62,575 nucleotides of DNA. Origin: Bacteroidales bacterium (GTDB lineage Bacteria > Bacteroidota > Bacteroidia > Bacteroidales > PUMT01). How positions within the stretch are numbered: position 1 is the stretch's first letter; each line of letters begins with the position of its first letter. A program made the position numbers and the translations under genes. A model generated the notes under the pieces. The model saw nothing but the letters and a program-made list of their open reading frames with translations. It did no database searches and was not told the DNA's origin. Shown piece after piece: positions 47,070-56,400 of this stretch. Location: contig SLMM01000051.1 of the NCBI GenBank assembly GCA_007133565.1, positions 1-62,575 of the forward strand, given 5' to 3'.

Positions 47070-48296
47070 TTATTCAAAAATCCTTGCCAGGGTCCTGTCC
47101 AGCTCTTCACCCCCAATGTTTGTGCCAATAATAACACCTTCGGGGTCGATAAGGAAATTTGTGGGTATGCCTTGCAGCCGGTAAAGCGAAACTACCGGAG
47201 AGCCAAGAAAGCTCAGATCGCTTACATGTATCCACCTGTTCAGCCCCAGGTCTTCTATTGTGGTTATCCACCTCTCCCTGTCCCTGTCAAGAGATACCTG
47301 GAATATTTCAAAGTCTTCACGGCTGTACCTGTCGTATACTCCTGTCAGAGATGGAAGCACCTCACGGCATTCCGAGCACCATGAGGCCCAGAAGTCAAGC
47401 AGGACATATTTGCCTCTCAGCGAGGACAGGTAGATTGTGTCTCCTTCAGGGCCCGGAAGCGATATTTCAGGAGCTTGTGTTCCGGGGCCTACCACGCCTT
47501 CACGTTCACGTCTCATCTCCGCCTGTTCCTTCATTTCACTAACATTGCCGCTGAATGTCACGGCATAATCGAGTCTTCCGTACCTCGCCGTCAGGGCCGA
47601 GTCGACAAGTTCATAATACCTGTGATCGCCGGGCATGTTAAGTATGAAGCTTTCACCGTCAACCTGCTGGTAGAGGGCCATCATACTGGCGAGTGACCCA
47701 GGGTTGCCGGTAACAAAATCTATGGTGTACTCCCTCATTCTCTCCAACTCAGCGATAAATTGCTTTCGCGTATCCTCTCTTAACTGTTCAATGACTGACG
47801 GGGATGCACCGAGGCTTCTGCGGTATATTTCAGAGATGGAATCCAGGGCCATCTGGGTCTGTGACAGCCTCCTGTTGAATTTAACAGCCAGTTCAGACTC
47901 CGGCGATCCATCAACAACAGCTGACCTCCGGAGATTGTTGATGTCGGCAGTAAGGGTTATCTCCTCTCCCGGTGTGACTATCAGTATCAGGTTGCTCATG
48001 TTTTCATAGCGGAGCGTCATGAACCTTATCTGGTCGATCTCTCCGGTAAAACTGAATTTGCCGTCAGGGCCCATGACTTCAGAATCGACAGGAACCATGT
48101 CGTGCGGGCCCATTTCATAAAGATGCAGTGTCTTCCCGGCAGCGTTTTCCAGTTTACCGCTGATTGAGTAATCATTGGAGGGAACCGAACAGCCGCTGAA
48201 CATGCCCAAAGTCAGCAGGCAGATAAGAGCAGCAATGCTGCCGGATTTGACCGGAGAGGGTAGCTTTGAAAATACCGAGTTTAATAATACAGGCAT
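47070..48296 (-). CDS. DUF4369 + TlpA-family thiol:disulfide oxidoreductase lipoprotein
   Basis: Lipobox LGMFSGC. The thioredoxin fold carries DFWASWCSECRE (a CxxC). Confidence 0.8.
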   Translation of the reverse strand: MPVLLNSVFSKLPSPVKSGSIAALICLLTLGMFSGCSVPSNDYSISGKLENAAGKTLHLYEMGPHDMVPVDSEVMGPDGKFSFTGEIDQIRFMTLRYENMSNLILIVTPGEEITLTADINNLRRSAVVDGSPESELAVKFNRRLSQTQMALDSISEIYRRSLGASPSVIEQLREDTRKQFIAELERMREYTIDFVTGNPGSLASMMALYQQVDGESFILNMPGDHRYYELVDSALTARYGRLDYAVTFSGNVSEMKEQAEMRREREGVVGPGTQAPEISLPGPEGDTIYLSSLRGKYVLLDFWASWCSECREVLPSLTGVYDRYSREDFEIFQVSLDRDRERWITTIEDLGLNRWIHVSDLSFLGSPVVSLYRLQGIPTNFLIDPEGVIIGTNIGGEELDRTLARIFE

Positions 48297-48578
48297 TGTC
48301 TTCTTCTTTTGAATGAAAACCTTAAAACAGTGCGAATATAACTATTTTTTCTGACAGGAATTTTGTGAAACTATTCATGGTGTTGACTGAACCTTTACAG
48401 TCAGAAGTTGTTTGGTTCATTAAATTGTATCACAATTCTTCCGAAGTTCTAATCCACAAACAATTATTTTGTACTTTTATGGTCTGGATCGGCAACGTAC
48501 CCGACAAACAAATAGCAGTTAAACAAACAGAATGCGCGAACCGATTCCGTCGCAGTCTGCTAACCGGAGTTATTACTG

Positions 48579-50528
48579 ATGAGTTACCTTAATTTCGACA
48601 AGACCAGGCTGATCAACCTCTCCTATTCGCTTAACCGGGAGCTGATACGGTCCAACCGTGCCGGATCCTATGCCTGCACGACCATTATCGCAAGCAATAC
48701 CAGGAAGTATCACGGACTGCTGGTATGTCCGCTTGAATACCTTGATGGCGGGCACCACGTGCTGCTTTCCGGTCTGCACGAAACGGTGATACAGCATGAG
48801 CAGGAGTTCAACCTGGGCATACACAAGTATGCCGGCGACTATTACAATCCCAAAGGGCATAAATACATGAGGGATTTTGAAACGGATCCGATACCCAGGC
48901 TTGTGTACCGTGTGGGCGGTGTAATTCTTTCAAGGGAATGGCTCCTGACGCAGAACGAGGAGTGTTTACTGATAAAGTATACGCTGCTTGACGCTCACTC
49001 TCCAACCTTTCTGCGCCTCAGGCCCTATCTTGCATTCAGGAATATTCATGCACTGAGCAAGGCCAATATGGATGTTATAACTAAAACACAAAAGGTAAGG
49101 AAGGGTGTCAGGACCCGTATGTACCGGGGTTATCCTTATCTATACATGCAGATTTCAAAGGATGCGGATTTTGTGTCGGGGCCGGACTGGAACTATAATG
49201 TTGAGTATATACAGGAGCAGAAGAGGGGATACGAATACAAGGAAGACCTTTTTATGCCGGGGTATTTCGAATTCCCTCTCAAAAAGGGGGAGTCGATGGT
49301 GTTTTCTGCCTCACTCCGTGAGATGGAGCCCTCTGTCCTGAAACGCAGGTTCCAGTCTGAGATAAAGAAAAGAATCCCGAGAAACACTTTTCATAATTGC
49401 CTGTTGAACTCTGCACAACAGTTCTTTGTCAGGAAGGAGAAGAAGACCGAGGTCATGGCAGGATTTCCCTGGTACGGCAGAAAGATGAGAGACACGTTTG
49501 CGGCGCTTCCCGGACTGGCTCTGGCTACGGGCGATTTGAAAACTTTCAGGTCTGTTCTTGACACCAGCCTTGCTGAAATGCTCAGAAAAATCAGGCCGGT
49601 TATGGGCAGTGAAGGAGAATGCTGTGAATCGGGAGCTGATGAGCCTCTCTGGTTCATGTGGGCTCTCCAACAGTATGCTCACCATACCGGTGACCGGGCA
49701 ATGGCCTGGAAAACCTATGGAAGAAAAGTTAAGGAGATCCTCACCAGGATACGCGAAGGCCTGGGAAGAATTGTCGTTATGCATGAGAACGGACTTCTTT
49801 TCTGTGCAGAACAGAATACGCCGCGTACGTGGATGGATGCAGTAACAGGGGGATTGCCCGCTACACCGCGTTCGGGATACATTGTTGAGATAAATGCATT
49901 ATGGTTCAATGCTGTGAGGTTTGCCCTTAAACTTGCCGAAGCCGGTGGAGATAATGCTTTCGTAAAAAAGTGGAGGGATATTCCGCAGGTTGCGGCTGAG
50001 GCCTTTGTGAATATTTTCTGGGATGAAGAAAGGGGATACCTTGCTGATTATGTTAGGGATGATCAGGCCGAATGGTCGGTAAGGCCCAACCAGGTAATTG
50101 CTGCGTCGGTGCCTTACAGCCCCCTCGATGACGACAAAAAAAACAGGTTGCTCGAGGTTATTACCAGTGAACTGCTCACGCCCAAAGGGCTGCGTACGCT
50201 TGCTCCGAAGAGCCCGCTATACAAGGGTGTCTACGAGGGTGACCAAGAGGAAAGGGATTCCGCTGCTCATCAGGGTACAGCCTACCCATGGCTGCTCGGG
50301 CACTATGCTGATGCATTTCTTCGGCTGCACAAAAAGTCGGGAGTTGATACGGTGAAAAGGTTGCTTGCCGGGTTTGAGGAAGATATGCAGGTGCATGGAG
50401 TAGGTTCGGTTTCGGAACTTTATGACGGTGATCCGCCGCATTATCCCGGCGGTGCCCTTTCCTATGCCTGGAATGTTGCAGAGTTGCTTAGAATGGAACA
50501 ATTGATCTTATATTATAAAACAATCTAG
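48579..50528 (+). CDS. glycogen debranching enzyme family protein (GDE_N_bis + amylo-alpha-1,6-glucosidase, GH133-like)
   Basis: ..R.WL..N..G.YA..T......RKYHGLLV...; the C-terminal (alpha/alpha)6 region has ..WMDA......TPR.GY.VEINALW.. and ..GLRTLAP....Y.G.Y.GD...RD.AAHQGT.YPWLLG.. Confidence 0.85.
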   Translation: MSYLNFDKTRLINLSYSLNRELIRSNRAGSYACTTIIASNTRKYHGLLVCPLEYLDGGHHVLLSGLHETVIQHEQEFNLGIHKYAGDYYNPKGHKYMRDFETDPIPRLVYRVGGVILSREWLLTQNEECLLIKYTLLDAHSPTFLRLRPYLAFRNIHALSKANMDVITKTQKVRKGVRTRMYRGYPYLYMQISKDADFVSGPDWNYNVEYIQEQKRGYEYKEDLFMPGYFEFPLKKGESMVFSASLREMEPSVLKRRFQSEIKKRIPRNTFHNCLLNSAQQFFVRKEKKTEVMAGFPWYGRKMRDTFAALPGLALATGDLKTFRSVLDTSLAEMLRKIRPVMGSEGECCESGADEPLWFMWALQQYAHHTGDRAMAWKTYGRKVKEILTRIREGLGRIVVMHENGLLFCAEQNTPRTWMDAVTGGLPATPRSGYIVEINALWFNAVRFALKLAEAGGDNAFVKKWRDIPQVAAEAFVNIFWDEERGYLADYVRDDQAEWSVRPNQVIAASVPYSPLDDDKKNRLLEVITSELLTPKGLRTLAPKSPLYKGVYEGDQEERDSAAHQGTAYPWLLGHYADAFLRLHKKSGVDTVKRLLAGFEEDMQVHGVGSVSELYDGDPPHYPGGALSYAWNVAELLRMEQLILYYKTI

Positions 50529-50531
50529 CCA

Positions 50532-51821
50532 ATGAGGGTATTAATGTTTGGATGGGAGTTTCCACCTCACATAAGCGGGGGACTGGGTACAGCCTGCTAC
50601 GGCCTCACCAGGGGCATGTCGCATATCCCTGACCTCGATGTCATCTTCGTTGTTCCGAAAGCATGGGGAGATGAGGATCAGAGTTCTCTCACGCTTCTGT
50701 CGGCCGAAAGCTTCCCCGTAAGGAAAAAATTTGTTGAGATGAAGGGGTTCCTTAAGGAGATGACTTTTCTGGAGGTGCATTCCCGTATTGTTCCATACAT
50801 ATCGCCCGAAGAGTATTCAAGGGCGGGAAAAAAGCGCGAGGAGGGCGGCGGTGTCTACTTCAATACCGAACACATTGGTAACTTCAAATTTACGGGTAAA
50901 TACGGACCGGACCTGTTCCAGGAGATTGCCAACTATGCTCTTGTTGCAGGTGTCATTGCAGACGACCATTCATTCGATATTATCCACGCACACGACTGGC
51001 TCACTTATCCTGCCGGTATAGCGGCAAAAGCGGTTTCGGGCAGACCCCTGGTGATCCATGTTCATGCCACCGATTTTGACCGCAGCGGAGGCAGTGTCAA
51101 TCCCGGAGTCTTTGAAATTGAAAAAAGAGGGATGGAAGCTGCCGATATGATCATTGCGGTGAGTAACCTTACAAGGAACACCGTGATCGAGAAATACGGC
51201 ATCGACCCTGCAAAGGTGGTTACCGTTTACAACGCGGTTGAACCACTTGAGATAACTGACCGGCCATACTTCAGCAAACCTTTGAAAGACAAGATAGTTA
51301 CTTTTCTGGGGCGCATTACCCTGCAAAAGGGGCCAGAGTTTTTTGTAGAGGCGGCGAATAAGGTCCTGAGGAAGTCAGGCAATGTGCGTTTTGTCATGGC
51401 CGGCAGCGGTGATATGTTCCCCAGGATAATCAGAAGGGCTGCTAGTCTTGGCATAATGGACAGGTTCCACTTTACCGGGTTTCTCAGGGGTGTTGATGTA
51501 AACCATATGTTCGCTATAAGCGACCTTTACGTGATGCCGTCGGTGTCGGAGCCGTTCGGTATTTCACCACTCGAGGCGATGCAGTCGAATGTGCCCGTGA
51601 TAATCTCCTACCAGAGTGGTGTGTCGGAAATACTCAAGCATGCCATAAAGGTCGATTTCTGGGATATTGATGCAATGGCTGATGCCATTTACGGCATTCT
51701 CCATTATAACGCGCTGTCGGAGATGTTCAAGAAACACGGCAAAACAGAGGTGGATAACCTCAAATGGGAGAACTCAGCCCAGCATGTGAAACAGGTTTAT
51801 GACAGTGTAATGGCTAAATAA
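50532..51821 (+). CDS. glycosyltransferase family 4 (group-1 GT, glycogen-synthase-like)
   Basis: MRVLMFGWEFPPHISGGLGTA..; ..HAHDW....A......PLV.HVHATDFDR..; ..PSVSEPFGISPLEAM (the E-x7-E region). Confidence 0.8.
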   Translation: MRVLMFGWEFPPHISGGLGTACYGLTRGMSHIPDLDVIFVVPKAWGDEDQSSLTLLSAESFPVRKKFVEMKGFLKEMTFLEVHSRIVPYISPEEYSRAGKKREEGGGVYFNTEHIGNFKFTGKYGPDLFQEIANYALVAGVIADDHSFDIIHAHDWLTYPAGIAAKAVSGRPLVIHVHATDFDRSGGSVNPGVFEIEKRGMEAADMIIAVSNLTRNTVIEKYGIDPAKVVTVYNAVEPLEITDRPYFSKPLKDKIVTFLGRITLQKGPEFFVEAANKVLRKSGNVRFVMAGSGDMFPRIIRRAASLGIMDRFHFTGFLRGVDVNHMFAISDLYVMPSVSEPFGISPLEAMQSNVPVIISYQSGVSEILKHAIKVDFWDIDAMADAIYGILHYNALSEMFKKHGKTEVDNLKWENSAQHVKQVYDSVMAK

Positions 51822-51894
51822 AGTAACAGTGCATGAAACAAGCGGCCTTGTGCCTGCTGACGTATCGAATAATTAACCGCCAAACAACTATACA

Positions 51895-53376
51895 ATGAAG
51901 ACTATTTGTCTCTATTTTCAGGTGCACCAGCCTTTCCGGTTCAGGAGGTTCAGGTTCTTTGACATAGGAGAATCCAGCTATTATTATGATGACTACTCAA
52001 ATGAGTCAATCATGAAAAAGGTTGCCGGGCGTGGTTATCTCCCTGCCAACCAGGTAATGCTCGAGCTGATTGAGAAATACGGTGAACGTTTCAGGGTTGC
52101 CTGGTCTGTTTCGGGAATTGCGCTTGATCAGTTTGAACTTTATGCCCCCGAGGTTCTTGAGAGTTTCAGAAAACTTGCTGCAACGGGGCAGGTGGAATTC
52201 CTGGCTGAGACCTATTCACATTCTCTGGTGTCACTTGCCGATCCGGAAGAGTTCAGGGCACAGGTTGCCGAACACAGCGAGCGGATCGAAGCGCTGTTTG
52301 GTGTCAAACCGGTTGTTTTCCGCAATACAGAGCTTGTCTATTCTGATGATATAGGCGCTATGGTAGCAGACATGGGTTACCGCGCAATGCTTACCGAAGG
52401 TGCAAAGCATATTCTCGGCTGGAAGAGTCCCAATTACCTCTATTATAACGCCATTAACCCCCGGCTCAAGTTACTACTGAAGAACTACAAGCTGAGCGAT
52501 GATATTGCGTTCCGCTTTTCAGACAGGGGATGGGGCGAATGGCCGCTTACAGCCGAAAAATATGCCGGCTGGCTGAAAAACCTGGACAAAAATGAGGAGG
52601 TTATAAACCTTTTTATGGATTACGAAACATTTGGAGAGCACCAGTGGGCAGAAACCGGAATATTCGAGTTCCTCAGAGCCCTTCCTGGCGAAATTCTCAG
52701 GCATAAGGAGTTCAGGTTTGCAACTCCGTCGGAAGTGGCGTCAGATCTTGAACCTGTTGCTGCCCTGAACGTTCCGTATCCGATATCATGGGCTGATGAA
52801 GAGAGGGACCTTTCTGCATGGCTGGGTAACGACATGCAGAATGAGGCGTTTACAAAACTATATGGATTAAAGGAGATGGTGAAAAAGTCCAATGATCCGA
52901 AGATTCTTACCGACTGGCGGTACCTGCAGGTAAGCGACCATTTTTACTACATGTCGACAAAGTTCTTTTCAGACGGTGAAGTGCACAAGTATTTCAACCC
53001 CTATGAGTCACCCTACGATGCTTTCATAAACTACATGAATGTGCTGAGCGACTTTGCCAACAGGGTTAAAGAGGCGGTAGGGGTAACGGAGACTGAGAAG
53101 GAACTGCTGCAGAGAAAGCTGAAGGAGAAGGATGAGCAGGTTGAGAAGCTCCAGGCGGAGATCAATGAGCTTCTGGAGAAGAGGAGGCTTATCGCTACGC
53201 CTGTTGTTGAAGGTGTGGAGGATGACGAAACCCCGGAACCAGTAAAAGCGCCAAATAAGGCAAAATCTGCTGCCTCAGCGGTTAAACCCCGGAAAAAGAC
53301 GGCTGCAGCCGGCAAAACTGCGGCAAAAAACAAAAAACCAGCCTCCTCCAGTAGCAAAAGTGCCGGTAAGAGATAA
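51895..53376 (+). CDS. glycoside hydrolase family 57 (alpha-amylase or branching-enzyme type) with a coiled-coil + Lys/Ala-rich C-terminal tail
   Basis: MKTICLYFQVHQPFRFRRF...; ..FMDYETFGEH.. (nucleophile region); ..LQVSDHFYYM..; the tail is ..KELLQRKLKEKDEQVEKLQAEINELLEKRR...KAPNKAKSAASAVKPRKKTAAAGKTAAKNKKP.. Confidence 0.85.
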   Translation: MKTICLYFQVHQPFRFRRFRFFDIGESSYYYDDYSNESIMKKVAGRGYLPANQVMLELIEKYGERFRVAWSVSGIALDQFELYAPEVLESFRKLAATGQVEFLAETYSHSLVSLADPEEFRAQVAEHSERIEALFGVKPVVFRNTELVYSDDIGAMVADMGYRAMLTEGAKHILGWKSPNYLYYNAINPRLKLLLKNYKLSDDIAFRFSDRGWGEWPLTAEKYAGWLKNLDKNEEVINLFMDYETFGEHQWAETGIFEFLRALPGEILRHKEFRFATPSEVASDLEPVAALNVPYPISWADEERDLSAWLGNDMQNEAFTKLYGLKEMVKKSNDPKILTDWRYLQVSDHFYYMSTKFFSDGEVHKYFNPYESPYDAFINYMNVLSDFANRVKEAVGVTETEKELLQRKLKEKDEQVEKLQAEINELLEKRRLIATPVVEGVEDDETPEPVKAPNKAKSAASAVKPRKKTAAAGKTAAKNKKPASSSSKSAGKR

Positions 53377-53411
53377 ATCCAATAAAGTAATAATAAATCA
53401 ATTAAAAACAG

Positions 53412-56400
53412 ATGTCAGAAAAAATGATGACCCCGGACTTCCTGTTCGAGGTGAGCTGGGAAGTATGCAACAAGTCAGGAGGTATACATACGGCAATTTC
53501 AAGCAAGGCAAAAAGAATGCAGGAAAGGTTTAACAGCAACTATATATTGATGGGGCCGGATGTGTGGAGGGGAGAGTCTGATAACCCTGAGTTTGTGGAG
53601 GATAAGGGACTGTTTTCAGCCTGGAGGGATGCAGTGGCTGGGGAGGGCCTCAGTATCAGGGTGGGGAGATGGAAGGTAGACGGCCTGCCTATAGCGATAA
53701 TAGTGGACTTCACACCTTTTATTTCACAAAAAGACGAAATATTCAAGATAATGTGGGAAAGGTTCAAGCTCGACAGCATCTCGGGTACCTGGGATTATGT
53801 TGAGCCGGTTCTTTTCGGATATGCTGCCGGCAAGGTGATAGAGAGTTTTTCCAGGTTTAATGCAGGCAGTGCCGACCTCGTACTTGCGCACTTCCATGAA
53901 TGGCTTTCCGGCGCCGGTGTATTGTACCTTAAAGACAATGTCCCGCAGGTAGCCACTATGTTCACAGCGCATGCGACAGTAGCAGGACGGACTCTTGCTG
54001 AAAGAAACCATCCCCTTTACAAAGAGTTCGAGAAATTTGATATCAATGTGCTGGCAAAGGAGATGAACATTGTATCAAAAATATCTCTCGAAAAACTTGC
54101 AGCAGCCAACGCAGATGTGGTTACTACCGTAAGCGGGATTTCTGCAAGGGAATGCCGCAGGTTTCTGGAAAGAGACCCTGACCTGATGACTCCCAACGGC
54201 TTTGAAAACAGTCTGGTGCCTGATGAAAAGGCGCTGAGAGCCAAACGTGCTGAAGCCAGGGGAAAACTGAGGGCTGTTAGTGAGGCGCTCCTGGGAAGGC
54301 GCCTTGATGATGAGGTAATGTTTGCAGGGCACAGCGGAAGATATGAGATCAGGAGCAAGGGTATTGATCTTTATATTGATTCGATAGCAGCACTGAGAGA
54401 CCGCATCCTTCCGAAAAGGGAGCTGGTGGCATTCATAATGGTGCCTGCAGGGCAGACAGGCCCCCGCAGGGATCTTAAAGATGTCCTCTTTGGCAGTGCA
54501 GGTGACATACCGGCCGGTAACCGCATAGCAACCCACTACCTGCATGATTATGAATATGACCCGGTGCTCTGCATGCTGAAGGAGCGTGGACTGCACAATG
54601 AACCGGACGACAGGGTCAACATTGTTTTTGTACCCTGCTACCTTAACGGAAATGACGGGATATTCAACATGCCCTATTATGACCTTCTTTCAGGTTTTGA
54701 TGTAATGGTGTTCCCGTCTTATTACGAACCCTGGGGGTATTCGCCCATGGAAAGCATTGCATTCGGTGTGCCTGCCATAACCACCAGCCTTTGCGGATAC
54801 GGCCAGTGGATTTGCATGAACCACAAGGGCGACAGGCCGGCTCTTATGGTGATTGAAAGGACCGACGACAATTATCACCGGGTAGCAGAGGAGATTGCCG
54901 AAGCTATAACTGCAATCTCTGCTTTTGATGACGGAGTTTCCGCAAGAGTCAGGGAGAATGCCCGCATTATTTCTGAACTCACCGACTGGGCAAAGCAGTT
55001 GGAGCATTACGGCAGGGCATGGCATTCAGCCCTTGAGAAATCATGGCCAAGGATATCACAGTTGCCCTCAACCGAGAAAGCTGAACTTGCTGGTGCAGTT
55101 TACAAGACCACCTTTCGTCATGCCCCTAAGTGGAAAACAATATTTGTCCATAAAAACCTGCCCGACCGGCTATCCGCACTCGATGAGCTGTCAAGGAACC
55201 TTTGGTGGAGCTGGAATGAAAATGCAAAGGAACTGTTCAGGTCGATTGACCTGGGGCTTTGGGGCGAAACGGGCGGCAACCCTGTAGATTTCCTTGAGAA
55301 GGTCAGCTACAAAAGGCTGATGGTACTTGAAAAAGATGAGGAGTTTCTGAGAAATCTTGACATGGTTCATGAAGATTTCAGGAGCTACATGGACAGGCCC
55401 GCCGGGGATACCCGGATTGCATACTTCAGCATGGAATATGGACTTCACGGCAGCCTTCCTATATACAGCGGCGGACTTGGCGTGCTGGCCGGTGACTACC
55501 TCAAGGAGGCGAGTGATTCAGGAGTTGACATGGTGGCTGTTGGGCTTCTTTACAGGTACGGCTACTTCAGGCAGCAGATAGCGGCCGGCGGCGACCAGAT
55601 AGCCAGCTATGATCCTACCGATTTCACGCGTATCCCCGCCCGCCCGGTACGCACTGAAGATGGCAGATGGTCAATGATTTCCATCGCTTTCCCGGGACGT
55701 ACAGTAAAGGCCAGGATATGGCGGGTCGACGTGGGCCGGGTTCCGCTTTACCTGCTTGATACCGATTTTGAAGATAACAGGGATACCGACAGGGCCATTA
55801 CTCATCATCTTTACGGAGGTGACTGGGAAAACAGGTTCAGGCAGGAGATGCTGCTCGGTATTGGCGGCATAAGGGCGCTGAAGATTATTGGCGTAAAACC
55901 GTCGGTTTATCACTGTAACGAAGGGCACGCCGCCTTTATCGGCATCGAAAGGCTCAACAGGTATGTTAATGATAAAAAGCTCTCCTTTTACCAGGCACTT
56001 GAAGTGGTCAGGGCCTCTACACTCTTTACAACTCATACACCGGTACCAGCAGGCCACGATTCATTTGACGAAAACCTCTTGCGTACCTATATAGCTCATT
56101 ACCCGCAAAGGTTGAATATCGGGTGGGATCAGCTTATGAACCTGGGGAAGATCCATCCCGATGATCCCAATGAAAAATTTTCAATGTCATACCTTGCAGC
56201 CAACCTTTCACAGGAAATAAATGGAGTAAGCCGCCTGCACTGCAGCGTAAGCAGGAAAATATTCAGCGACCTCTGGCAGGGGTACTTCCCGGATGAGTTG
56301 CATATCGGTTACGTAACAAATGGGGTTCACCATGACACATGGACAGCCTCTGAATGGAAGAGACTGTATGCTGAACTGATGGGAAATGATTACCAAACAA

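Noticed and set aside
48297-48578. 282-bp divergent intergenic region with a 75-aa GTG ORF (48365..48592) and a small TGACTG/CAGTCA hairpin. I considered it as a small gene or ncRNA.
   Set aside because: The ORF starts at GTG, runs into the debranching-enzyme start, and has no motif or promoter box. The hairpin is short and AT-rich. I saw no tRNA-like T-loop (GGTTCGA.TCC) here or in the other long spacers (812-1127, 15825-16093, 24320-24608, 42494-42677, 44921-45032).
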